Origin: Octopus vulgaris
Lineage: Eukaryota
Length of the DNA: 64,000 nucleotides
Assembly (NCBI GenBank): GCA_951406725.2
Contig: OX597817.1
Location: 72,664,001-72,728,000 of the forward strand
Reading direction: 5' to 3'
The translations under genes were made by a program, and so were the position numbers. Within the stretch, counting starts at the first letter, position 1, and every line of letters starts with the position of its first letter. Shown here one piece after another: positions 51,941 through 64,000 of the stretch. The notes beneath the pieces were generated by a model, which saw only the letters and a list, made by a program, of their open reading frames with translations, had not been told where the DNA came from and made no database searches.

Positions 51941-54627
51941 TTGGCTAAATGCTGATTAATATCTGTTTTACTCGTACATTTATGTTTATTTAATGTTTAT
52001 ATTATTTTCCCTTTCAAACAAAATATATTTGTTTTCATAAACACATACACGTATATATTAATATAATATATATACATATAATTGTCAAAATATCTCGTAC
52101 TTTATATCGTTAGCGTTGCCTTATACACACGTGAGATCGCGCGCATATATATATAATATTGTTATTTTTATTGAGAGTAAGTTGATGATTGTTTAATTGT
52201 TTCTCCGAGTTTCAAACATATAGGAGTTTATATACATACACACAATACATGTTTAAAATTGTCAGTTATACTCGACGTTTTAATGACTCACACAACAATT
52301 GCAACACTTGCGAAAGTTGTCCCAATTAAGCAGTGAAAAACTTCATAAAATATCTATGCTACATTGGACCGAGTCGAAGAAAGTGTATAGAAAGCATTAC
52401 TCAATGCCACACCTCTTCTGACTACCTAACATACGCATTTTTCTCAATAAATATTGCCTCTAATTGATAGATTGGCGTAATCGTTTGGGCGTCGGACAAA
52501 ATGCGTTGTGGTAATTTGTTACAGCCCTTTAGTTACTCCATTCAAATATTCACATCCCGTCAAATTCGATTTTACCTTTAATCTATTATTTCCCCACTCC
52601 AGCCTTTCCCATACTTTACAGAATTCTAGCCTTGCACCTATGTGACAAACCGTTATGAACTCAATTGTAAACATACTTCGGTTCTGACTGTGTCAAACGA
52701 AAAGCTAACAAACAACTTGAAAGGTGACTAAAATATGTTTTAGACTAGATTAATACTAATTACATATGGCTTAGAATCTCTCAAGTGTCTGGTAAAATAC
52801 CTTGCGTTGTTTACGTATAAAGTGAGTTCAAAACTCGCCGAGTTCGACTTCCGATTGTCATTATAAGAAACAGCCGTTTAGAATGCCACCCCTTGACTAG
52901 GTCGATCTAAACTACTGTTTTGCTCTCGTAATACTGTACACTTGGCCCAAAGTTCGAAATTGTTAAACTTTTTTTTTGAAGTTTATTTATTTTTATTACT
53001 GTGCTAATAGTTAAAGATATAATTTTTTTCTATCTGAACGAGCCTGCCTTTCATCCTTTCAGTGTCGGTAATAGTAAAGTACCAGTCAAGTTGTAAGGAC
53101 TGATTTCATGTTCCGATAAAACATCCGAGATTTGAAACTTGGTGGCATTATTCTGGTTTTCTGTAATTTTGCTTATTCGCTCATGATTGAGGGAATAAAT
53201 TGCCAACGAAAGGAAATCTCTGTTCATTCATTTACTCGACCTGTTAAAAAGAAGTAACCAAATCTCTTTCAATTACACATTCTAGCGTCTTGATAAACAG
53301 AATGACTGGTCACCAGATAGTATAGCTATAAATTGTAGCCTAAATAAAAGATTTATAGTCACAGCTGAACCTCTTTTCATCGAAAGTCTCTTCGATCAGA
53401 GCTGACCTAAAGTTGTCTTAAATTCCATTGGGTAGTTTAAAAGCAGTGCAGTTTTCGTAGGAACCATTTACGGAATTGCATGCAGTTTTCGTAGGAACTA
53501 TTGACGGATTGCATGCAATCGGACCATATTTCTGATCTAGGGATTTAGCCCACATTTAAGCAACCATTTGACATTCTTCTTTGTGTCTTTTTCCAACCAA
53601 CCTCGCCCAGTCCTGCAAAATAAAAAATATAAAAAGTTCAAGGATGTCATCTTCCTCTTAGTCACGTTTTGTTTGTGTGTGTATGTATATATATACATAT
53701 ATGTGTGTGCGCGCACACGCGCGATCTTTTGGAGTTGGCATATTTATATACATGTACCTTTGTATGTGTATACATAGATAAACACACCTACATACAATGT
53801 TTACAAAGATAGTGGCTCTAATAACACACGAATTATTTACAATATGCCAATACTGAGAGGACTATTAAATGTCTTAAAACAAATGTTTTAAGATCTCTTT
53901 AATGTTCTGAGAGTGTGAGGTCACATGCAAAAATTTTGGTTTTATTATGGTGTGTGCGCGCATCCTTTACCCTCTCATCTCACCGATCTGTCACAAGGCT
54001 TGTGTCATCATATGATGTTCCCCTTTCACAAACATAACCACATGAGGTTGATTATGACACAACCAGAGCCATTGTGTATAGGAGTCAGTGACTTTATATA
54101 CGAAATCATATTTTGTACACATTTAGTCTCGCAGTGAAATCAGAAAGTTCGTAAAATGGGTGTCGTTGTTTGGATTAGCCCTGATCACGCATACCTATGA
54201 GCAACAGTATTTCAGTGATAACCACTTGTTTGTCGAGGTGAGGGATATGCACAGCTATATTGTCCAATGAATTATTTGTGGTTTACAAAGATTTGGCTGC
54301 TATTTCTAGCATCCCGAACTACGACGACTACATAGAATACGAGGTAGTTGCTTAACCCCAGGTCAGACCTGATCGAGCAGACCAACGGTCGAAAGTATTT
54401 TTGACCATTTTGTCAATTTGTCATTTTTAGTTGAAAATCAGGCTTGTTTGAACAGACCTATGATAAAAAGCATTTCAACTGTGACCATCCTATCTATTTT
54501 TCCCCCTATGTAAAATGTACCTAGCACTACATTATATAATGTATTTCCCTTTTTAAGATGGTTGTGCATGATTTAAGGGAAAGTTTGCTGTTATTTCTAT
54601 TCAGGCGAGTGATCAGTTTCTTGCAGT

Positions 54628-55780
54628 GATCATCATCATCCACTGTTTTAAATCCAAGTTTTGTCCCCATTAACGGGGGGGGGGCTGGATCTACCTCAAT
54701 GCCATAGCAATTGCCTTCACACCATCTCACCATCTTGCCCGGTTTTGGGTGTCCTTTTTCAAACCAACCCTCCCAATCTCTTCCTCCACCTGTCTCCTCC
54801 ACCCTTTCCTCAGTCCACTTCACTCTTGCGCTATCACCCTCCTCAGAACATGCTCTTCATCCCTCCTCAACACATGCCCACACCACCTCACTCCATTCAC
54901 TCTTGCCAACCATTCCACCGATTTCTCCAACCCCAGCATTCCCATCAAATCCTCAATCCTCCTCTTATCAAACAGCTTCGCCCCACACATTTCTCTCACC
55001 ATTGCTCTCTCAGTACTTCTCAAAATTACCATTTCTCTCTCCCTCAGACATCATGACTCACTCCCATACAGCATTGCAGCTCTCACACAACTCTTATAGA
55101 CCCTTCCTTTCATCTTTAATGAGAACCTTTTTCCCATATAACAATGCTCCACATTCCCTGAACTTCACCCAGCCAAGTTTCACTTTTGCTGTCACAGCTG
55201 CTTCATATCCACCACTTACATCCACCATATCTCCCAAATAACAAAACCCTCTCACCATTTCCGCCTCGTCACATGGTGTTTCCACTGGTTCTGCCAGCCC
55301 TCTAGTTCCTTTCTCATGTCTTCCACAAACAAACTCTCTTGCCAGTCTTGCAGTCACTTTCTTCATTTTTGTACACCTACCATGAATCCATTTCTCACAT
55401 CTCGTTCACAACACCGCATTTGCCATTACCCTCCTCCCACATACACTACATGGATTCACATTACTCACTAACTTTTCTTTCCGCCCTGCTCACCATCACC
55501 TTTGTCTTCCTGAGGTTTACCTTCAAACCCTTGCTTTCAAATGCCTCCTTCTATTTCCAAAACTCCCTCAATCCCTCCATCATCTCACTCATCAGAACAA
55601 GGTCAACCGCATACCTTATCTCCATTTTCAATCCTGCTCTTGCACTCTCCGTCATCACATCAACCACTATTGCAAACAACGGTGACAACACAGATCCCTC
55701 ATGCACATCAACTTTCACCACAAACTCCTCCAACAGCTCTGGTCCAATTCTAACTTTTGTCTTCATCCCCTCATACATAT
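54628..55780 (-). mobile_element. RTE-type LINE RT/C-terminal fragment
   Basis: VDVHEGSVLSPLFAIVVD...RYAVDLVL (decayed QGSVLSP/YADD), GFCYLGD, VRWCGHVLRRDE. Confidence 0.85.
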
Positions 55781-56611
55781 GAGTTCATATTCTGCTGGTG
55801 GAAACTTTCTGTTTCACTTCTTCAAGGACTGATTTGTTGAAGAATAATTGTGAATTCACAGAAATAAGAATATTAATCAAGAACTGTTTTACTTATAGAA
55901 ATAAGTATATTTAATGATATAAGTACAGGCATAACTGTGTGGTTAGAAGGCGGCGAGCTGGCAGAAACATGAGCACGACTTAATCCCTTTGTCTGTCCTT
56001 GTTTGTCCCCTCTATGTTTAGCCCCTTGTGGCAATAAAGAAATAAGAAGCTTGCATTTTATCTATGTGGTTTCAGCCTCACTCCCACAGTGCATCTTGAG
56101 CAAATATCTTTTACTATAGCTTAAAGACTGACCAGTGACCTGTAAATGAATTTGATAGAGAAACTGTGTGGAAGCCTGCCATATGTATGTGTGTGTATCT
56201 TTGTGGCTCTTCATCCCCCGCCGCAACCACTTGACATCCAGTGTTAGTTTGTTAATGTCCCCATAACTTAGTGCTACAGCAAGACAATCAGATTTTGTAC
56301 CAAACTCTAAAGAAAATCAACACTTTATTTCACGTTGCTTCAGAAGACTCAGATTGTAAACCTGAGTTCTACCTGTATTTCAAAAGGTTAGCCTTGTCAC
56401 ATTCTGTGAAGTGCTCAGTTGCGTGTATGTTAATTTCCTGGGCAGCCTGTTCCATTGATCAGATCAAGGGGAATCCTTGTTGTCGTACCTGTATGCGTGT
56501 GTACGTGACTGTGTAAGTGCGTGTGCACCTCTGCATATGTATATGCGTATGCCTGTATGAATACATTTACGGATGCACATGAGCATGCATATATGTATGT
56601 GTATGTATATA

Positions 56612-56645
56612 CTAGCTGATGTACCCAGTAATTCCTGGGAAAGCG
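56612..56645 (-). mobile_element. Helitron-like 3' terminus
   Basis: Minus strand cccag-gaatta-ctggg hairpin followed by tacatcag-CTAG-t. Confidence 0.55.
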
Positions 56646-56930
56646 GGGCTTATCCCTTGGTTCCATTCTCATTATTGTTTTGCTAATCCAATAACAACAA
56701 TACAAAGTATGTAGCCCTTAAAACGGTTTTTGTGCGTTTACAGAGAATACCAAACTGTCTTACACAAGATCTTGTTTTTAGGAATTCCCAGTAAGTTATG
56801 AATACCCAAAAGTGACTGACAGAATAAATACCAGGTTTGAAAAATAAAAAGTACTGGGGTCAATTCATTCAATTAAAATTTTTCATGGTGGTGCCCCAGC
56901 ATGCCCATAGTCTAATGAGTGAAACAAGTA

Positions 56931-56961
<31 letters not shown>

Positions 56962-57404
56962 TTGATAGGTTTTGGCTATTATTTGTCCATGCCATGTCTA
57001 ACTTAATAGCACCAGCTATAGTAAGCTCATCTTGGAAATTGTTCTTTGTTGAAATTGTTAGCATTCTAAAGGCTTATCTAGCTTCATAATGTTATACAAA
57101 TATCCATGTTTTCAGAAGCCATCCAACCCCTGCCAGTGTGGAGAAAATGAATGCAAATCAGTGAAATCTGCTAAACTATTCACCTGCAGTTTTCAACATC
57201 CATTTTTCTATGCTTGCAAGATTCGAACAGAATTTATTGGGACAGATTTTCTATGACTAGATGTCCTTCTTGTTGCCAATACTCACCTGTTTCCAAGCAA
57301 AGTAATATTTCCCAAGGACACCCATATCCCACAGAAGCATGGAAACAAACAACATTGCTTGTATGATAGTGATACTCATTTACAACCATCAGATGATGTT
57401 ATTT

Positions 57405-57695
57405 GTTCCTTCTCAAGCCATGCCTGGCTCATAAGGGCCGGTTTCCTTGACGTATAGGTTCCCCACCTGGACGGGATGCCGGTCCATCACAGGTGAGCTG
57501 CAAGATGCAGGAGGAAAGAGTGAGAGTAAGTTATGGTGAAAGAGTCAGCGGAAGTTTGCCATTACCTTCTGCCGGAGCCACGTGAAGCTTAGGTGTTTCG
57601 CTCATAAACACACACATCGCCCGGTCTGAGATTCGAACCCGCGATCCCTTGACCGTGAGTCCGCTGCTCTAACCACTAGGCCATATGCCTTCACA
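57405..57695 (-). mobile_element. Third tRNA-headed SINE family; related copies at ~8110-8347(-) and ~25163-25290(+)
   Basis: Minus strand TGGCCTAGTGG (A box) ... GGTTCGAATC (B box) followed by a non-tRNA body. Confidence 0.8.
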
Positions 57696-58579
57696 GATGA
57701 TGTCAAACACAAGAGTGCACACCCACACGCATGTATATATATGACCGGCTTCTTTCAGTTTCCATCTACCAAATCCACTTACAAGGCTTTGGTCAGCCAG
57801 GGACTACTTGTAGAAGACACATACTTCAAGTGTTATTCTGTGGGACTGAGGAACTGAAGCTTAGGAATCAAGCTTTTTAACCACAAACCACACCTGTAAC
57901 TTGTCTTTTTTTCAGTGGAGTATTAAATCAGGCAAGTACATAATTGATATACAGCTATTGTCAGAACATCCTGTATGATACACAAACTGGGAAATAAGAA
58001 GGATTTTTTATTTTTTATTTCACAAGAAAAACTAACTAAAACACACGCTGGAAGTATCCACCCTGTTAGTAAAGAGAAAAAAGTGCTGTCATTAAGAATC
58101 TGTTATTGAAGCTAGAAAACAAAGGAACAATGCAGCATGGAAATGGACATAAAACAAGATGAATCTGTGATAAATATATTTTCACAAGTATCACTTGTTT
58201 ATTAAAGGATATTGACATATTAACAAACTATAAACCAACAAAAGTACTTTGGCTGTGGTAATTTTTTTGTCCTTCTTAGTTCTTTATCTCAAGTACCGAT
58301 GTACAGATTTTGATAATTCTAAAGCTAGTAAAATAAGTTTATTAATTTAGATACAATAAGTGCAGGCATGGCTGTGTGGTAAGAAGTTTGCTTCCCAATC
58401 ACATGGTTTTGAGTTCAATCCCACTGCATGATATTTTAGGTAAGTGTCTTCTGCTATAGCTCCAAGTTAAACAAACTCTTGTGACAGAAACTGAAGTAGT
58501 GTCTTTTATATGTGTGTGTGTGTTACAATTTCACTACCTTGACACCATGTGATAGTTGTAAATGAGTCACCATTATGAG

Positions 58580-58813
58580 GACGGCGAGCTGGCAGAAAAC
58601 GTTAGCACACCGGGTGAAATGCTTAGCTGTATTTCGTCTGCCACTACGTTTTGAGTTCAAATTCCACTGAGGTCGACTTTGCCTTTCATCCTTTCGGGGT
58701 CGATTAAATAAGTACCAGTTATGCACTGGGGTCGATATAATCAACTTAATCCGTTTGTCTGTCCTTGTTTGTCCTCTCAGTGTTTAGCCCCTTGTGGGTA
58801 GTAAAGAAATAGG
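58580..58813 (+). mobile_element. Second octopus tRNA-derived SINE family; related copies at ~15765-15968(-), 16618-16820(-), 63338-63533(-)
   Basis: ggcgagctggcagaa...gagttcaaattcc...gtcgactttgcctttcatcctttcggggtcga; dispersed copies. Confidence 0.85.
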
Positions 58814-59399
58814 TATCCTTCATTTCCAGTCTTCTGTGAAAACATATCTAGTCATGAGGAAATATTACATTTCTTGGAAACAGGTGAGAGTTGGTGACAG
58901 GAAGAGGATCTGGCAACAGAAAATCCACCTCAGCAACTTCTGCCTGACTCATGCAAGCATGGAAAAGTGAATGTTAAAAGAGTGATAATGATGAGATTCA
59001 CTCCTTACAAATTTTATTTCCTAAATGTTATCGTCATCATCATTATTCAACATCACTGTTCTATGCTGGCATGTGTTGGACAGTTTGACAAAATCCAATG
59101 TGTCCAAGGACAGCATCAAGCTCCTATGTCTGCTTTGGCATGGTTTTTACAGTTTGTATGCCCTTCCAAACTCCCCCACCCTATGGCACCTTTTTCAGAT
59201 TCCTTTACTATACCTCAGATCAACTCCAAACATAATTGAAATTTGGTCTGTGAAAATTATGGAAACGCAATTAAAAAAAATGGCCTATACTTTAGGATGG
59301 TAAACTTAACACTTGTTTTTTTCTAACATCAGCACCTTTAACAGAGTTGATTCTGTTGCAAGCATCCAGACTAAATCTCTAATCTGAGAATAACTGAAT

Positions 59400-59600
59400 A
59401 TCTTGATACTCCTCATCTCTTAAGTTATGCTTTCTTCCTTCCCTCCATCTCCTTCCCACTAGTCTCAAAAGTTTTGCACAAGGTAATGGATGCTTACTTA
59501 CCTCCTCTGACTAAACCATGAAAAATTTTAACATGTAAAAGATCACTATTACAAGATCCTCAAGAGTTGGCATCTCGTCATCAGAAGCTTTGGTTCTTTT
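59400..59600 (+). mobile_element. Short decayed LINE RT relic
   Basis: ccatctccttcccactagtctcaaaagttttgcacaag reads ISFPLVSKVLHKV, similar to the RT motif PISLLP..SKV.EK. Confidence 0.35.
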
Positions 59601-62600
59601 GGAAACTTCCCTGTGTTTCGGAAATTCTCTTTTGTTTCAAACAGAACAATGAGAAAGAGAGCTTTTATCCTGGGTAACGATACCAGTCTGTATTAGATAA
59701 TATTTATTATTGTTGACAACTAAGTGGGCTAAAATCATATGGAATAATATTTCACCCAGAAACGCAACATAGTGCTTGCTGCAGGATTTGAGCTTATGAC
59801 CTATGTTTTGTAGCCCAGTATTTTATCAACTTGGGTATTTCCATCTCTAAAATAATAATAAAAGATTACAAAAGATTGAATATTAGTATTATATCAAATC
59901 TTTTGCAACAGAAGAAAACTCCACAGTTGTCTTTGATTCTATATCATTAAAATTTAACTTTAATCCAACAAGATGTTGGTAGCATCTGCTTATATACCAG
60001 CCCCCTGCCAATAACTCTCTCTCTCTCACACATTGTAATAAATATACTTGTTTAACCCCAGACCAGCTCAGATGAAACAAATTGACTATGGAAAGCATTC
60101 CAGCTGTGTCCATCCAATCTTTTTTATTCTGACAATCTTTCTAAGACTTTTTTATCCAATGAGTCTTCCCACTTTTAAAATATGGGTGGTATTTGTAGTG
60201 GGTTGAACAATTTTACCCTCTCTAACACGAGTGAATGAAACAAAATTACCACAAAAAAGAAAAAAAGCAGAATATAGTGTTTAATCAATCATAAGACACT
60301 CTAGCATATGTTCCACTTAAGAGGACATCACACTTGTCTCAAATAATCATCAATGTTGGACTGTCAGTCAAGCGGTGAGAGAACACTATTTTTCACTATG
60401 TAGCTAATTTCTTTATTTTGTATGCTTAAAGCTGTGATGATCAATTTGAAAAGTGAACAATATAAGATTAAAGAAAGAAAAACATTATATAGTGTAATTG
60501 TGATGCCTCATGATCAATGTACATGATCTCATTCTTTCATATAAAAATGTAGATGTAACCCACACCTTGGCTATGTGAGGTGGTGGTTGTTGATTAGAGC
60601 CAGGACAAGCCTTGAATAAGCAACCTCTTATCTCAGTCTACTGAAAAGGCCAGTGTAGGCCTAATTTCACAGTGAAACTGAATGCATACGGATATAAGTT
60701 CATATATTTTTTATTACTTTATTACATAAGTGTTCTTGGAGCTTGAATTAGATTGGACGAAGAAGAAAGTGATACTAAGCTAGTATGGCAGTAATATTTA
60801 GGTGTGTTACTAATGTTTGTAAGAAGAAAGGTGGGGAGGTAAACAAGTAAGCAGCAGGTACTGTGTATGTATATGTGCAAGAGAGGGTAGGAGGGCTGAG
60901 TCAAACTGTAGCCAAAATGTGCAGTTACACTCCTCACGTATCTAGGCAGTCTTTAGTCTGTATGTTCAGCTTGGGTATTAGATGAATCTGCAAATGCTAG
61001 ATGTAGTAAACCAATTTCTTGTTTTAAGCTGTAGCATTATTTCTGCTACAAGCTATTTGCAATGCTTAATTATGGAATAAAATTGCAGGCATAATCTATC
61101 ATAACGATCAGGTGGTGCTATTAAGTTAGACATGGCTTGGACCAATCTTTGGTCGAAACATATCTAAGTTTAATACTGCATTCATTCATAAGACAAATTG
61201 ACTGGGAAATAACTATTTTATATTGTGATATATATATATATATATATATATATGTCTGTGTGTGTGTGTGTGGAGAGAGAGAGAGTGGGAGGGAGAGCAA
61301 GGGAGAAAGAGAGAGACTGTACAGCTCTGCAGAGCAGCTATTATTATTTGCTGGGATTGTGGGTTCCAGTTCAGCCACATGCACTTTTTTCTCTGATATG
61401 AAAATAAGGATGTACAACATTTCAAGAGTTACTAAAGTGTTAGATATACACTGGAAAAAGATTGTGGTTTTGATTTCATCCAATAGCTAAGATTGTTTAA
61501 TCCTTTTGTTATCATAATTCTGTTAAAGTACACAGCTTGTGTTTGAATTAATTTTTAAAATACAAAGAATTTAATAAAAATATTGTTTAGCTAGTGCTTG
61601 GAACATAAATTAATATGAAATTTTGAAGGCATATTTTAATTTTGACCTCATTAAACAGGAAGTTTGTATCTTAGAAACTGAGACAATCTCAAGTAGATTG
61701 TATATTAAGAGTTCATTTTCAAAGATATTTTCTCCTAAGTTTGCACCTTCAAAACTATCTATGAGAAACTTAAAACATCTCAACACAGGCATGGCTGTGT
61801 GGTAAGATGCTTGCTTCCCAACCACATGGTTTCAGGTACAGTCCCACTGCATGGCACCTTGGGCAAGTATCTTCTACTATCTTCTCAGGCTGACCAAAGC
61901 CTTGTTAGTTGATTTGGTAGACAGAAATTGAAAGAACCCCATCATATATATATAAATTGGTACTTTGCGCCGCTATTTCCTATATATATATGTATATATA
62001 CACACACACACACACACAGACACACACACGTGTGTCTGTGTCTTTGTGTGTGCACACGATTGCTTGACAGTCGATGTTGGTGTTTTTACGTTCCTATAAC
62101 TTAACAGTTCAGCAAAGAGATCGACAGAATTAGTACCTGGCTTTAAAAAAAAATATTGTGGCTAATTCATTCAACTAAAAATTCTTCAAGGCAGTACACC
62201 AATATGGCCACAGTCTAATGGTTGAAACAAGTAAAAGATAGAAGATATCACAAGAATCAAACACTCCAGAAAAAATACAACTCCAAATGAATTTTTAATC
62301 TTTTTCTTTTTGAATTTAAACAGTTGTATTGTTTTCAACAGGTTCTAGTAATATTTTATTAATCTGAATTTATATTATAATTATTTATTTACTTTACTTT
62401 TGTTTGTAATTAATGAACTTATACTGTGTGCTTTATATGGTTACTAAACACAGTGAAACGGTAGAACCCCAGAAAACTAGTAATATTCTGTTTGGGGCTT
62501 GTTTCTTATATCTATGTTAGCTGGGGTAGTTAGTCTATAGGTGCATAACAAATAATAGTGTTGAAAGACAGGGAGTGTGTAATAAACTATAGGAGTTAGA

Positions 62601-64000
62601 TTGCAGGAGCAGGCTTAAACTCTAACAATAATTTACACTGTATTGGATGTAGTGGTTCTCCAGTATTTATATCAGTCCTTCAATAGGCCATTAGATAGAT
62701 TGCATTACAGTACTTGTTCCATTTCTCTATACTCTGAGTTCAAGTACTGCTGAGATCAACTTTATCTCTTTTCATCCTTTCGGGGTTGGTGAGTAAAGAA
62801 CCACTCTTGTGTTGAGTCAATTCTTCTCTTTTCTTTTCTCTCTGGAAGAAAACAGCTGTGGTCAAGCCTAGAGAGGGATGTTTTCCACCAGGTATAAAAA
62901 TACCCAAGACATACTATTTGTTAGGACTGTGTCCCATGGAACCTATCGAGAAGTCGAGGTCCCAAGGCAAACCAAAGTATTATCTAAATATGTTGCACTA
63001 TTCACAATTTTCTTTACATTTTAATAAGTAGATTTTTGGTACTGTCATTTGGCTTCTTGGAAAGGAGAAGAAAGTAAACCCTGGCCTTCTATAAATATGG
63101 TGAAACTAATCAGATTGATCCTCGTTTCAAGCTACTTAAAAGACTTATGCCTGTGCCACTGCCTTCAAGGATTTTAGATGATCATATCAACTCAGATAGT
63201 ACTTAATTCAGCTTGATACTTATTTTAAGAAACCACTAAATCCCATACTGACATAAAAGAATACCCCATGGATTTACACTAGTAAATAAACACTGACATC
63301 AGATACATACACACACACACATATATAGGCTTCATATTTTGGCACAAGGCCAGCAATTTCAGGGATGGGGTTAAGTTGATTATATCAACCCTAGTGCTCA
63401 ACTGGTACTTATTTTATTGACCCCAAAAGGATGAAAAGCAAAGTCGACTACTGAGGAATTTGAACTCAAACTGTGAAGACACATGTTGCTAAGCATTTTG
63501 ACCTGCATGCTAACAATTGTGCCAGCTTGCCACTTTACACACCCACATACATACACACACATTATATTGAAGAGACAACTTTGTTCAAGTTGGATCTCTT
63601 TTTTTATTAAAGATTTTTCATTTTTCTTTATGAGTTCTTTATATTTAGTTTGGAATAATGTTTCTAATGCCCATCAGCATTTCAGGACCATCTCAACCCT
63701 ATCATCAGAATGGCAGGCTAGTGGTATGATGTTTTAAGGTGATGAGAGCAACATTTGAAACATTAAATATAGAAGTCTAATAAGAAAATATAAAAAATAT
63801 TTTAAATAATAATTATGATAATAATGAAATTGTTGTGTATAGTGCTCTGGTGCACTACAACTCATCAATGGTGCATGTACAGTACATAGAATTATGTATA
63901 AAAGTCTGGAAAGTAAACAGTTTATGAGTCATGATATACATTTAAAATGATTAAACCTGAAAACACAGAATATTGGAAATGAATGACACTGCTTGTATGA

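Noticed and set aside
54661-55782. Cluster of long plus-strand ORFs (116-176 aa)
   Set aside because: Antisense shadows of the minus-strand RTE relic.
57620-57695. tRNA gene
   Set aside because: A and B boxes are present but continue into a SINE body shared with other copies; it is a SINE head.
59641-59680. Plus-strand mini exon with ATG (MRKRAFIL|gtaacg)
   Set aside because: Weak donor, adjacent to a LINE relic, and no downstream exon found to support it.
1-64000. CRISPR array, operon or prokaryotic defence system
   Set aside because: Spliceosomal gene structure and eukaryotic TEs throughout; no regularly spaced repeat-spacer array seen.

Overview
AT-rich, repeat-dense eukaryotic DNA. Its SINE, RTE, Penelope and MITE families and (TA)n/(CA)n microsatellites look like an Octopus (coleoid cephalopod) genome; this assignment is from recognition, not a search. 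The main gene is CSDE1/Unr (multi-cold-shock-domain RNA-binding protein) on the minus strand. Ten coding exons between 20460 and 2501 splice GT-AG, phase-consistently, into 474 codons (MSNSRKTTSPQWK...HKSP), and the gene continues beyond position 1. A likely non-coding first exon with a YY1 motif lies at ~49384-49430, giving a ~28.7 kb first intron. A possible divergent promoter/first exon lies at ~51830-51940 on the plus strand. Nearly all ORFs in the supplied track are spurious or TE relics. Leads most worth following: (1) an in-frame 57-nt candidate cassette exon (9300-9356) inside the second canonical CSD; (2) a uORF-bearing 5' leader containing an Unr-binding-like motif; (3) several minimal hammerhead-ribozyme-like motifs, two of them next to Penelope relics; (4) perfect or near-perfect intronic hairpins; (5) two MITEs nested in one RTE, one at its YADD motif; (6) a CpG-retaining domain around the promoters. 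I found no evidence for a wholly new multi-gene system.
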